The translations under genes were made by a program, and so were the position numbers. This document shows, piece after piece, positions 8,605-18,026 of a DNA stretch of 64,000 nucleotides. The notes under the pieces were generated by a model that was not told where the DNA came from, did not search any database, and saw only the letters and a list, made by a program, of their open reading frames with translations. Numbering within the stretch: position 1 is the first letter of the stretch; each line of letters begins with the position of its first letter. The stretch lies in IMG/VR virus record IMGVR_UViG_3300027881_000010, positions 1 to 64,000 of that record; one strand, written 5' to 3'. Source of the stretch: a virus.

Positions 8605-11243
8605 GCCGACTGCCCGACATTCCGCTCGATCTTCTCCCCGGCATCATGACCGAGGAGACAGACCGTGGCGCGAAAGGTCGGTACAAGGACTGCGACAAGA
8701 TTCGCTTCAGGAAGCGCCTGCCTGAGAAGCTTGGCGGCTGGGTACTCAATTCGCTGGGTACCGAGGTCGATGGCGTCAGTGAGGAGCTAAGCCAGCAGCG
8801 CACGGCAAGCGCCGGCTATTCCGCCGGAGCATCGACGATTGTTCTTGATACCGCGGTGACCTGCCTCGACCTGGAGCCGGTATGGCTGTTCGATGATTCC
8901 GTAACTGGTGGCCTGGGTACGCGCACGATCGATGACCCGACTGCGCTGCAGGATGAACATGTGTTCGACCTGGACGCTGCGGTCACGGCCACAGCTGGCG
9001 ATGCGTTCATCATTAGCTATCCGGAAGAGTTCGGCGGTGGCGCCAATGTCAACAGCGGCGGCGTCAAGGACTCTGAGACCATCGTCGTCTCGGTTGCGGT
9101 GACAGGCTACCTGCGCGAGGGAACGGTCGTTCGATTGCTGACAGACTCAGGCGAGCAGATCAACACCCTAGCAGCCAATCACTCGAGCGGCGCGACTGTG
9201 TTCACGCTGACCGATCCCCTGATCGACGACATCCAAGCCGGCACGCCGAACGTGTTCTTTTATGCTGCGGAGTCTTTCATCAGGAGCGACACCCAGAGCT
9301 ACGTCGTGCGGCATTTGAATCTCGACATAGTGGCGGCCACCGAGGTCATGCTCACGGCATCGTTACCTGAGGATGCCGATGGACTTGATATCGATATCCG
9401 GCCATTCCAGTTGACTGGCTGTGACGGCGACCAGGGCAGCGTCACATCGCTCGATATCCTGCCGGTCACGGACTTTGCGATCGGAGCGCCGGCAGCATTC
9501 CCTGATGGCCTGGTGATCTTGCCGGCGCAGAATATAGTGCAGACCTGCTACCTCGGAGTGGCCAGGGCGCTGTGGGATTGGAGCAGCCTGGACAGCCAGA
9601 AGTGGCTGGCGATCGGCACCAACCTGAAGCTCTACATCGTCAACAACAGCGAACTGTACGACATCACGCCGTTCCGTGAGGAAGGCACCCTGATCGATCC
9701 ATTCGATACTGACATCACCGGGGCGTTCGACCCGGATGGCGGCGATGACCCGACCTTTGTGCAGGTCACAGACACGGCCCACGGCAATGCGATAGGCAAC
9801 TTTGTCCACTTCGCGAACGCTGACCCGGTGGGCGGCATTACTATCGATGGCGAGTATCGGGTCGAGTTCATCGTCGACGACGATATGTACATCATCCGCC
9901 ATCAGGTGCCGCCGACATCGACCGATACCGGCGGCGGGACCGTCGACTTTCAGTACGAGATTCAGGTCGGTCTGGAAGACACCACGACGCTGCTGGGCTA
10001 CGGTACCGGTGCCTACGGCCTGGGTGCCTATGGTGTTGGCAGTTTCCTGGCTGGCGCTGGAGTCATAGGAAATCTCAGGACCTGGTCGCTGGATAATTTC
10101 GGTGAGGACCTGTTGGCATCGCCGAATGGTCGGGCGCTGTATCACTGGGATCGCAGCAGTGGCCCGAACGTCAGGGCGGTGCTGGTTCCTGAGGCACCGA
10201 ACACCATCGAGCGTATGCTGATCTCGCCGCAGGCCAGGCATGTGGTTGCCTTCGGTGCTGGCACTGGCTCGGCTGCAGCGCCCGGAGACCCAGACCCCCT
10301 GCTGATCAGGTGGGCGAGCTCGGAAGATTTCACCGACTGGATTCCCACCAGCGTGAACACTGCCGGCGATCTCCGGCTTGATGTGGGATCCGAGATCATC
10401 ACCGCGGTCGAGTCGCGCGGCGATATCCTCACCATGACCGACCAGTCACTGCACGCAATGCAGTTCATCTCGGGCGAGTTCGTTTTCGCGCTGCGCCACC
10501 TGGGACAGTCGGTCACAGTCATCGGGCCAAACGCTGCGATCGATGTGAACGGCATCATGTACTTCATGGGCGAGGACGATTTCCTGATGTACGACGGCGT
10601 ACTCCGGGTGATGGAGTGCGATGTCCGCAATCAGGTCTTTGACGATATCAACCTGGACCAGGGGCGGAAGTCCTACGCCAGCGTGAACAAGCTGTTCACG
10701 GAGGTCTGGTGGGTCTATTCAGCGGAAGGCTCGGCCAGCAATGACCGCTACGTCAAGTACAACTACTACGACAAGGTCTGGGATTTCGGCACGATTGAGC
10801 GCAGCGCTTTCCACGATAGCTCTTCGCTTTTTAATCAGAAGCCGTATGGCACCTTCGACGGCAAGATTTTCGTACACGAGACCGGCGTCGACGAGACTGA
10901 CCCGGAGGACAATGTAACGCCGATGTTGTCGTTCATCGATACCTACGACATGGAAGTCGACGAGGGTACCTACCACGCGGTCGTGCGCAAGATGATTCCC
11001 GATTTCAAGAAGCTGGTTGGCTCGGTTGATCTCTCGCTGACGGCGAAAGCCTATCCATCCAGTGGTGGCGTCGAGGTTGTCAACAAGGGACCGTTCACGA
11101 TCGCACCGACTACGGCCTTTGTGAATCCACGAATCAGGGGCCGGCAGATATCATTCCGAATTGAATCGGATGCGCTCGGCGATGACTGGCGCATGGGGAC
11201 CTGGCGAGCACAATTCAAGCGGAAGGGGAGGCGCGGCAACTGA
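8601..11243 (+). CDS. large tail protein (tail tubular protein B / nozzle-like candidate)
   Basis: 880 aa with a GTG start coupled to the upstream stop. Size and position match the nozzle protein of podoviruses. No diagnostic motif recognised. Confidence 0.45.
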   Translation: MSRLPDIPLDLLPGIMTEETDRGAKGRYKDCDKIRFRKRLPEKLGGWVLNSLGTEVDGVSEELSQQRTASAGYSAGASTIVLDTAVTCLDLEPVWLFDDSVTGGLGTRTIDDPTALQDEHVFDLDAAVTATAGDAFIISYPEEFGGGANVNSGGVKDSETIVVSVAVTGYLREGTVVRLLTDSGEQINTLAANHSSGATVFTLTDPLIDDIQAGTPNVFFYAAESFIRSDTQSYVVRHLNLDIVAATEVMLTASLPEDADGLDIDIRPFQLTGCDGDQGSVTSLDILPVTDFAIGAPAAFPDGLVILPAQNIVQTCYLGVARALWDWSSLDSQKWLAIGTNLKLYIVNNSELYDITPFREEGTLIDPFDTDITGAFDPDGGDDPTFVQVTDTAHGNAIGNFVHFANADPVGGITIDGEYRVEFIVDDDMYIIRHQVPPTSTDTGGGTVDFQYEIQVGLEDTTTLLGYGTGAYGLGAYGVGSFLAGAGVIGNLRTWSLDNFGEDLLASPNGRALYHWDRSSGPNVRAVLVPEAPNTIERMLISPQARHVVAFGAGTGSAAAPGDPDPLLIRWASSEDFTDWIPTSVNTAGDLRLDVGSEIITAVESRGDILTMTDQSLHAMQFISGEFVFALRHLGQSVTVIGPNAAIDVNGIMYFMGEDDFLMYDGVLRVMECDVRNQVFDDINLDQGRKSYASVNKLFTEVWWVYSAEGSASNDRYVKYNYYDKVWDFGTIERSAFHDSSSLFNQKPYGTFDGKIFVHETGVDETDPEDNVTPMLSFIDTYDMEVDEGTYHAVVRKMIPDFKKLVGSVDLSLTAKAYPSSGGVEVVNKGPFTIAPTTAFVNPRIRGRQISFRIESDALGDDWRMGTWRAQFKRKGRRGN

Positions 11244-11572
11244 TGTCCAATCCACTTACGACTGTCCAGTTCGAGAACTTCTACGACGTCTACAAGATGC
11301 GCGCCCTGGTCGACGACCTCGAGCGTGCATTCCGAGGTTTGAATGCGGACTTCGCGACGATTGCCGCGACCGTGCATAACGATCTGAGTGGTCGAGACGC
11401 TGCGGACGCGCATCCGATTTCTGCGATCACTGGCCTGACAGCCGCGCTTGCCGCGATCGGCATCACTCTGGCTGATCATGAGATTAGGATCACCGCGAAC
11501 GAGTCGGACATATCCGACATCTTCATCGAGCTTAACCGCAACAGAATCGAAAGGTATTTCTTAGGCGAATGA
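11243..11572 (+). CDS. hypothetical virion protein
   Basis: 109 aa. TGATG junction with the 880-aa gene. Confidence 0.55.
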   Translation: MSNPLTTVQFENFYDVYKMRALVDDLERAFRGLNADFATIAATVHNDLSGRDAADAHPISAITGLTAALAAIGITLADHEIRITANESDISDIFIELNRNRIERYFLGE

Positions 11573-11889
11573 GCAGTGGAATACTTGGACAACTAGCACC
11601 GGCAGCGCTGACGCTGGAGGATCTCTATACGTGTCCGACCGACATCGTAGCCGTGATGCGCGTTATCATCACGAACCGTGGGAACAGCAAAGCGGAGTAT
11701 CGCGTTGCCGTGTCACCTGACGGTGCCGCGATTGCGAACGAGCACTACGTGGCATTCGACAAATTGATGGAAGGTAACGATACTGGATCGACGATCGCTT
11801 TTATCGTAAACGAGGACGACGTCGTACGAGTGTTTGCCGAGAATGCAGATTTTAGTTTCACAGCTACAGGTGAAGAGCGCGCCGAATAA
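11569..11889 (+). CDS. hypothetical virion protein
   Basis: 106 aa. ATGA overlap with the upstream gene. Confidence 0.55.
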   Translation: MSSGILGQLAPAALTLEDLYTCPTDIVAVMRVIITNRGNSKAEYRVAVSPDGAAIANEHYVAFDKLMEGNDTGSTIAFIVNEDDVVRVFAENADFSFTATGEERAE

Positions 11890-11904
11890 TTGATGGAGGG
11901 CATC

Positions 11905-12234
11905 ATGGCGATATCAGCAAAACTGCAGGCAGCGAGGAAGCAGGCGCAAAAAGCCCGGCTCAAGAAGAAGGGCGATCCGGATTACCCGGTGTTCTATGCC
12001 AACCAGCCGTTGCAGAAAGTAAAGGCCGAAGAGAACGAGGCGATTCGTAAGGCCAAGGAAGACCACAGGAACGCGATCGAGGATCTGAAGCTCGCCGAGG
12101 TTACCGGCAAAGGCCTGAAGAAAGCTCGCGAGGAGATTGGGGTCACCCGCTTGATCGTTCAGCAACTGGTGGCGCAGAAGGCTGCGAATAAACATCCTGG
12201 CGTGAGTCTCACCGCCGCCGGGGGTGTGTCATGA
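11905..12234 (+). CDS. Lys-rich hypothetical protein
   Basis: GGAGGG lies 5 nt before the ATG at 11905 (MAISAKLQ..). The listed ORF starts at TTG 11890. Confidence 0.5.
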   Translation: MAISAKLQAARKQAQKARLKKKGDPDYPVFYANQPLQKVKAEENEAIRKAKEDHRNAIEDLKLAEVTGKGLKKAREEIGVTRLIVQQLVAQKAANKHPGVSLTAAGGVS

Positions 12235-12677
12235 GTGCCACGAATCTATTTGAAGACGACATCCTTGATCTACTCTTCACGAATGTCGCGGCCCCGAACG
12301 TAGGCGATGCTGCCGGACTGCAGCCATCGGCCGCCGCCGGCAACTGGCACATCTCTTTGCACACCGGAAACGCGATTTCCGACACCTCAACGCTGCAAAC
12401 CGACAACGAAGCTGCGTACACGAACTACGGTCGAGTCGCTGTCGTACGATCGGTCGCCGGGTGGACGATTGCATCGGGTACCGCAACCAACGATGCGCTG
12501 ATCACCTTCCCGCAGTCAGGCTCGGGACCAGAGACCGAGACCGATGTCGGCCTGGGGTTTGCTTTGGCCGGTGCCGGCGTGCTGCAGATTTTCTCGCCGC
12601 TTGATGCGGATCTCATCGTGAACAATCTGACGACGCCTGAGTTTGCGATTTCGGCCCTGGCTATCTCACTGGATTAG
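12231..12677 (+). CDS. hypothetical virion protein (conserved phage family, name not recalled)
   Basis: 148 aa. The pattern LLF....WHISLHTGN..YTNYGRV..W..A.G.ATN...I.FP recalls a widespread small phage structural protein. Confidence 0.55.
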   Translation: MSATNLFEDDILDLLFTNVAAPNVGDAAGLQPSAAAGNWHISLHTGNAISDTSTLQTDNEAAYTNYGRVAVVRSVAGWTIASGTATNDALITFPQSGSGPETETDVGLGFALAGAGVLQIFSPLDADLIVNNLTTPEFAISALAISLD

Positions 12678-12678
12678 G

Positions 12679-13164
12679 ATGAAGAATCTATTCACCTCCG
12701 AGCAGGTCAACGTGCAGCAGGCGCTGGATATCGTGCGGCTGATACTCGGAGACAACAAGATCCGGCTGTACTACCAGGAGGTGTTCAAACTGTGCTCAGA
12801 CATCCAAGGATGCGCGAAGATTGCGATGGCGCACGAAGGCATGCCGCCTGATTTCTGGCACAAGATCGCGGTCTACGATCGGAAGACAATCGACACGCCG
12901 CTCAACAGGACTTATCGCCGCTCGAGATATCACAGCAATGTGTATAAGCCCATCAGGGTAGATGTCGAGGGTTCCCTGGTGGTGCTGTATATCGATGACC
13001 TGGTCGCGAAGCTCCACTTCAAGCACGCGGCGCAACTCTGCGTATGGTTGCGTCGGGCGGCGAAGCAGGCGAAGAACTGGGCTGGCGATCGCAGTAAAAT
13101 CCTGACGACCTTCGCCAGGCTGACGACCGCCGAGGAAAACGACAGGGTGCAGCATGTTGGCTGA
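12679..13164 (+). CDS. hypothetical protein
   Basis: The internal ATG at 12679 (MKNLFTSEQ) lies just after the upstream stop. 161 aa. Confidence 0.5.
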   Translation: MKNLFTSEQVNVQQALDIVRLILGDNKIRLYYQEVFKLCSDIQGCAKIAMAHEGMPPDFWHKIAVYDRKTIDTPLNRTYRRSRYHSNVYKPIRVDVEGSLVVLYIDDLVAKLHFKHAAQLCVWLRRAAKQAKNWAGDRSKILTTFARLTTAEENDRVQHVG

Positions 13165-13670
13165 TGGATCCGCTGGGACAAGTAGCGAACGCAATAGTCG
13201 AGATTACAACGATGGCAGATGATATTCGCACCGTACTAAAGAGCTTCAACAAAGATCTTTTGAATGAAGAACTTGTGGCATCAGCCCTGCCGTTTGAGTC
13301 TGCTTACCTGGCTGGCTTTGAACCGAGAGGTAGACCGCGAATTGTCTTTGACATAGCTCCTGGTCCAAGGCTGATCTCTGAGGACAAGGTAAACAACATC
13401 CAAGACTTTGCTGACCCCGGTGAGATTCGATTCGTGTTTACGACTGCGCTCACTGCGCCGGAGGCCACAGCACTCGATGCGTTGTTGACCGCTCACGATC
13501 ACACTCAGCGCACCACTGAGCAGACTAGGTCAGTCAGGGATGAGGCTGAACTGAGCGCCCTGGAAGCGGCCTTTCCGAACTGGGCTACCTTCACTGGGCC
13601 AGAGAGGAATGACTTCCTTGAAAGACTCGCACGATCGTATCTTCGTTATCGGAGGCGATCTGACTTCTGA
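13164..13670 (+). CDS. hypothetical protein
   Basis: 168 aa. TGATG junctions at both ends. Confidence 0.55.
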   Translation: MDPLGQVANAIVEITTMADDIRTVLKSFNKDLLNEELVASALPFESAYLAGFEPRGRPRIVFDIAPGPRLISEDKVNNIQDFADPGEIRFVFTTALTAPEATALDALLTAHDHTQRTTEQTRSVRDEAELSALEAAFPNWATFTGPERNDFLERLARSYLRYRRRSDF

Positions 13671-15121
13671 TGGCCAACCTGCTTACAGATCTCATCCTGA
13701 CTTCGGCCTACGTTTACACCGGGACGTTCGCTGACATCACTGGTATGTCAGACACCGTGAGCATCAAGGATACGGAATCCGTTGTGCTTCTGATGACATC
13801 GAATGTACCAGCGGAGAATGTCGTCGCTGACCTTTGCGTTGAATATCGATTCACTGTTGATGGCTCGCCGGTTGGTGGGGAGTTGTCATCCATGCTCGAT
13901 GCTAACGATGAGTTCAGTGGCATGGAGATGATGTACGCAGTGACCGGACTTTCGGCTGGCAATCATACTTTTGCGGTTCAGGGGCGCAATAGAGAAGGAG
14001 ATGGCGAGGTCGATACGACCAGGAACAGAACATTCCAGGTTCTGGAGTTCGTCTTCGGCAGCGCATCAATACTGGTCGATCTGACAAGCAGTTCAGCGGA
14101 CACCGCACCAGCAACCTGGGCTGATGTCGCTGGATTGACTACGAGCGCCACACCGGAGGCAGGATCCTTGCTGCTATTCACTGCTGGTCTCCCTCCATTG
14201 TCGGATGAAAACGATGAGATGGGCGACTACCAGTTTGCGATCGATGGTGTTCGAGATGGACCGAACCTTGGCAGCCACAATAGAAGACCGGATAGAACAG
14301 ACTCGCTCTCAATGTCCTGGGCAGAGGACGGAGTATCTGCTGCGTCACATACGTTCTCGCTTCAGTGGGAGGATCGCCGCAGGGAACCTGAGACGGACAC
14401 CACACGAACCAGGTATCTCCAGGTCATTGAGATCAAGAAGTTTTTCAGTCTTGAGATTGACAATGTTTCAGTTGCTGCGGATTCAGCGCCAGCCGCTTTT
14501 GCCAATATGGTTGGCATGTCAGGCAACGCTACCATCGACAGTACGGACAGCAAGCCTTTGATCCTGGCGAACTATATCCAGGATTCCGCTGGCAACGTAA
14601 GAGAACGGGCCGACAGCAGGCTCACCGTTGGTGGCATCTTCGAGGGTGCGGAGCAGGCGGCCTTCAAAAGAAATGCTGACCGTACTGGCAGCACGATGAT
14701 GAACCGGGCCGCAGATGGCGAGTCAGGCGTAACTGCTTTCGCGTTGCAGTGGGAGCAGGGGAAAGATACGCCGATCGCTGACACTGGCAGGAACCGAACC
14801 TTCCAGGTTATTGATCTGATCACCACTGAAGGGCAGATCGAAGCAACGGCTGACCTGGCGATCACTGCCACGGCAGACTTGCGAGCGTTCGGAGCTTTGA
14901 GTGCGAGTCCAGCCATGGCATTCACTCTGACCGCAAACCTCCAGGACAAGCAATTCATCAGCGCGAGTCCTGCCTTGGCGTTTGATGTGGCCGCAAGTAT
15001 TCAGGACAAACAATTCATTAGCGCGAATCCGCAGATGGCGTTCACGCTGACAGCGGATCTTCGCAACGCATCACCAGTTTCAGAAAACCGATCAAGGCAT
15101 ATCGATCGGTTCATTAACTAA
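13670..15121 (+). CDS. virion protein with three ~125-aa internal repeats and a C-terminal 20-aa tandem repeat
   Basis: Each large repeat ends ..T[TG]R[NT]R[TY][FL]QV[LI][ED][FIL]. The C-terminus is SASPAMAFTLTANLQDKQFI x3 (diverged). Confidence 0.65.
   Translation: MANLLTDLILTSAYVYTGTFADITGMSDTVSIKDTESVVLLMTSNVPAENVVADLCVEYRFTVDGSPVGGELSSMLDANDEFSGMEMMYAVTGLSAGNHTFAVQGRNREGDGEVDTTRNRTFQVLEFVFGSASILVDLTSSSADTAPATWADVAGLTTSATPEAGSLLLFTAGLPPLSDENDEMGDYQFAIDGVRDGPNLGSHNRRPDRTDSLSMSWAEDGVSAASHTFSLQWEDRRREPETDTTRTRYLQVIEIKKFFSLEIDNVSVAADSAPAAFANMVGMSGNATIDSTDSKPLILANYIQDSAGNVRERADSRLTVGGIFEGAEQAAFKRNADRTGSTMMNRAADGESGVTAFALQWEQGKDTPIADTGRNRTFQVIDLITTEGQIEATADLAITATADLRAFGALSASPAMAFTLTANLQDKQFISASPALAFDVAASIQDKQFISANPQMAFTLTADLRNASPVSENRSRHIDRFIN
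14900..15079 (+). repeat. 3 x 60-nt tandem repeat (coding)
   Basis: agtgcgagtccagccatggcattcac..caggacaagcaattcatc / agcgcgagtcctgccttggcgtttga..caggacaaacaattcatt / agcgcgaatccgcagatggcgttcac.. Confidence 0.85.
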
Positions 15122-15142
15122 CGGTCGTACAGAGGTATCACC

Positions 15143-15727
15143 ATGGAAAAGAGCGAACAAGCTGAGCAGGCACGAAAGCTGCTCATTCGGAGAGCGGTCG
15201 CGTATGACGTCGTCAATCTCACTAAGATGCTGATCCAGGCTCGAGAGGAGAAGGGCCAGCATATCTATTATCCGAGCGTACCCGAGGGCGAGCTTGGCAG
15301 GCAGATGGTTCTGGATCATGTGAATAGCATGACCAAGGGCGGAGTCGTCTACGTTGCTGATCTCGATGGACGGTTGCTCGGCGCTATTGGAATGCACGCG
15401 ACCCAGATGGCGGAGTGGAGTTTTGATTTCGGTCTGGTCAATGAATGGTTCTATGTACTGCCGCAGTTTCGCGATTCGGATATCGCGATCATGTTGCTGA
15501 AGGCGGTTGAGGAATGGGCTGATGCGGACATCAATCCGTGGAACGACAAGGCCAAGCCCAGGATGCCGATGGTTGTCGGCATGCTGAGTGGCCAGCAGAC
15601 CGGTCTCAAGAACAAGTTCATGCAGGGTCTCGGGTATGTCAATGGCGGTGGTAATTTTGTGAGGGCACCACGCTATGAGCAGGACCAAGAAGCAGACGAC
15701 GACGCAAGAAGTTCCCGAGTGGCTTGA
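15143..15727 (+). CDS. GNAT-like acetyltransferase-fold protein (tentative)
   Basis: 194 aa. VYVADLDGRLLGAIGM..NEWFYVLPQFRDSDIAIMLLKAVEEWA resembles the GNAT beta4-alpha3 core, but the Q/RxxGxG/A motif is degenerate. Confidence 0.4.
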   Translation: MEKSEQAEQARKLLIRRAVAYDVVNLTKMLIQAREEKGQHIYYPSVPEGELGRQMVLDHVNSMTKGGVVYVADLDGRLLGAIGMHATQMAEWSFDFGLVNEWFYVLPQFRDSDIAIMLLKAVEEWADADINPWNDKAKPRMPMVVGMLSGQQTGLKNKFMQGLGYVNGGGNFVRAPRYEQDQEADDDARSSRVA

Positions 15728-16685
15728 GTCTGGCAGTCAGCAAGCAACTGACATTGCCAAGCGGATAGCCAGCCGAGAGTACACGCCGTACGAAGGTCAG
15801 CGCTTTGCCGAGCTTTCTCCGGCGGAGCAGCGTGCCGCAGAGCTTTCCATGCAGGAAGAGGGTGCCTGGCGACCAGACCTGGAGCGCGCGCGTGAGCTAA
15901 CCGAGCAGGGCGCGACGGCATTCACCGATGCCGACATGGAGGGCTACATGAGTCCCTACATCGAGGGCGCTCTGGATCCTGCCGCACGCGAACTGCGTGA
16001 AGAAATCGCCAGACAGCAGCAAGGCATCAGCGGCAGGGCCGGCATGCAGGGCGCGTTCGGTGGCGCTCGTCACGGCATTGCCGAGGCCGAAGGCCGCCGC
16101 GGTGGCCTGGAGGCGATCGGCGATCTATACGGCCGCGGCTACCAGCAGGCATTCGAGTCGGCCCGTGAACAGTTCAACGCCGACAGAGACGCATTCGCCA
16201 GAGGTGCCGAGCAGTTCCGGGCGACTGGCGCACAGGGTCAGCGACAACTGATGGACGACATCGGCACCCTGATGACGACCGGCGGAATGCAGCGCCAGCT
16301 GGAACAGGCAGGCCTTGACTTCGATTACCAGCAGTTCATCGAGGCGCGTGACTGGGATATCACCAACCTGGGTCCGCTGCTCGAGACGTTATCGACGGTT
16401 CCATACACCAAGACCACAACGCAGACCGCGAAGAAGAGCATGTTCGATGCGGTGCTTTCAGTGGCATCGGTGGCAGCGAGCGCATTCTTTGGTGGCAAGC
16501 CATCGGAGAGCGCAACCGATACACCGATCGACCCGGTCGGCGGTACCGGTGGCGGTGGCGGTTACAACGCGCCAGGCTACGGACCTCCCCCAAGCCCGGA
16601 TCCGTACCAGACAGACCCATACGCACCTGCATTCCCGCAGGCACCTTACACGCCGGGCGCTTACCAGCCCGTCCAGGTCGCATAG
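15675..16685 (+). CDS. internal virion / ejection protein candidate (small)
   Basis: 336 aa. Helical Q/A/E/R-rich body with a Pro/Gly-rich tail. First of three consecutive ORFs ending in the giant ORF, as in T7 gp14-16. Confidence 0.5.
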   Translation: MSRTKKQTTTQEVPEWLESGSQQATDIAKRIASREYTPYEGQRFAELSPAEQRAAELSMQEEGAWRPDLERARELTEQGATAFTDADMEGYMSPYIEGALDPAARELREEIARQQQGISGRAGMQGAFGGARHGIAEAEGRRGGLEAIGDLYGRGYQQAFESAREQFNADRDAFARGAEQFRATGAQGQRQLMDDIGTLMTTGGMQRQLEQAGLDFDYQQFIEARDWDITNLGPLLETLSTVPYTKTTTQTAKKSMFDAVLSVASVAASAFFGGKPSESATDTPIDPVGGTGGGGGYNAPGYGPPPSPDPYQTDPYAPAFPQAPYTPGAYQPVQVA

Positions 16686-16694
16686 GAGGCAGCC

Positions 16695-18026
16695 ATGGGA
16701 CAGCAATTACAGCAATGGATTGAGGCGAATTCCCGCACGCTGCGGGCGCTTGCCGGACCACACGCGCCGCCGCCGGCAATACCTGGCGCTCAAGGCGCAC
16801 CCGGTTCATTTCCGCCACAGCAAGCAGCCGCTGCGCCACAAGCTGGTTTTCCGGCACGGCCTGACTACACGCAAGCATTTCCAGAGGCAGCGCCAGCGAC
16901 CGCACCGCAGCCGGCTGCGTTCGATATGCCCTTCATGCAGCCGCAGGCTCCTGCACAAGCGCCTCCGGCTCCGAAGCCGGCGACGACTGGCATAAAGCCA
17001 AAGCCCCGCGAGGATGAGGGTCCACCACAGATGGGCTTCTCTGACATGTACGACCAGGCGGATCCCGAATCGATCTCGAAGGTGATTGATCTCCTCGAGC
17101 AGCAGACCGGTCGGCCAGTGGAGGAACTCTACGAACAGCAGACCGGACGGCCGCCACCGCGCGGCACCAAGAAAGAAAAGATCGGCGAGTTCCTGCTCGA
17201 GTTCGGGCTGAACCTGGCATCGGCGCCGGCTGAACTGAGTTCGTTCGAAGCGATAGGCCGATCCGCTCAGGCTGCCCGAGCTACCGGCAGGCAGCGTGAT
17301 TCCGAATATGCAGCACGACTGGAGCGTGCCGAAGACAGGCGCATTGCGGCCAAGGAGCGAGCAACAGGCAGGCTTGATAAGAAGTTCGATCGTGCTGCCA
17401 CGTTGGAGCGTCTGGGGATGGAGCGACAACGTACCCAGGCGACGCTCAATAAGCCGATCGGCGAGTTCACGAGTTACGTTGGGCCCGGCGGCTATATGTA
17501 TGACTGGAATCCAGAGACTCAGGAAGGTCGTCAGGTCATTGTCAATGGCAAGCCGATGAAAGCTTCTGACCAGGCGATCGCAGGCAAGCAACAGCGCTTC
17601 GATACCGAGGTCCGCTACAACATGTACATGGGCGTCTACGGTAAGAACGCTGAGGATGTGGCGTACACAGGTGAGGCGCTCAGCAAAATCAAGAAGGATG
17701 CGCTCAAGTTTGCCAATCGCCAGACGCCGTACACCAGGGCAGAGGCGAATCGAGAGTCAGTGGCTGGTGCCACATCGCTGTTCAAGAACGATTCCAACTA
17801 CGCGCTTGCGACCGAGGAAGAGCAGCGCACGATGTTCAGGGCCAAGGTCGCTGAATTGACCGAGATGTACATGGCCGGCTATGGCAACGGCGACGGCGAA
17901 CCTGATGCATCAAAACTGGTTGAAGGGATTGCCACAGCAATCACGAATGAAGCCGGCATCACCGAGTACTGGATGCTGAAGAACGGCGAGAAAGTCAAAG
18001 TAAACGAGAGTCAACTGGTGCGATAG
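16695..18026 (+). CDS. internal virion / ejection protein candidate (medium)
   Basis: AGGAGG lies 5 nt upstream of the start. 443 aa with a P/A/Q-rich N-terminus followed by a charged helical region. Confidence 0.5.
   Translation: MGQQLQQWIEANSRTLRALAGPHAPPPAIPGAQGAPGSFPPQQAAAAPQAGFPARPDYTQAFPEAAPATAPQPAAFDMPFMQPQAPAQAPPAPKPATTGIKPKPREDEGPPQMGFSDMYDQADPESISKVIDLLEQQTGRPVEELYEQQTGRPPPRGTKKEKIGEFLLEFGLNLASAPAELSSFEAIGRSAQAARATGRQRDSEYAARLERAEDRRIAAKERATGRLDKKFDRAATLERLGMERQRTQATLNKPIGEFTSYVGPGGYMYDWNPETQEGRQVIVNGKPMKASDQAIAGKQQRFDTEVRYNMYMGVYGKNAEDVAYTGEALSKIKKDALKFANRQTPYTRAEANRESVAGATSLFKNDSNYALATEEEQRTMFRAKVAELTEMYMAGYGNGDGEPDASKLVEGIATAITNEAGITEYWMLKNGEKVKVNESQLVR

Noticed and set aside
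14900-15079. Tandem 60-nt repeats considered as a possible CRISPR-like or satellite array.
   Set aside because: The units are directly adjacent with no spacers, in frame and diverged at the protein level (20-aa units), and lie inside a long ORF.
16315-16995. 226-aa alternate-frame plus-strand ORF bridging two internal-protein genes.
   Set aside because: An Arg/His/Pro/Ser-rich frame shadow of a Pro/Ala-rich GC-rich region. It crosses a clear stop/AGGAGG/ATG gene junction at 16685-16695.
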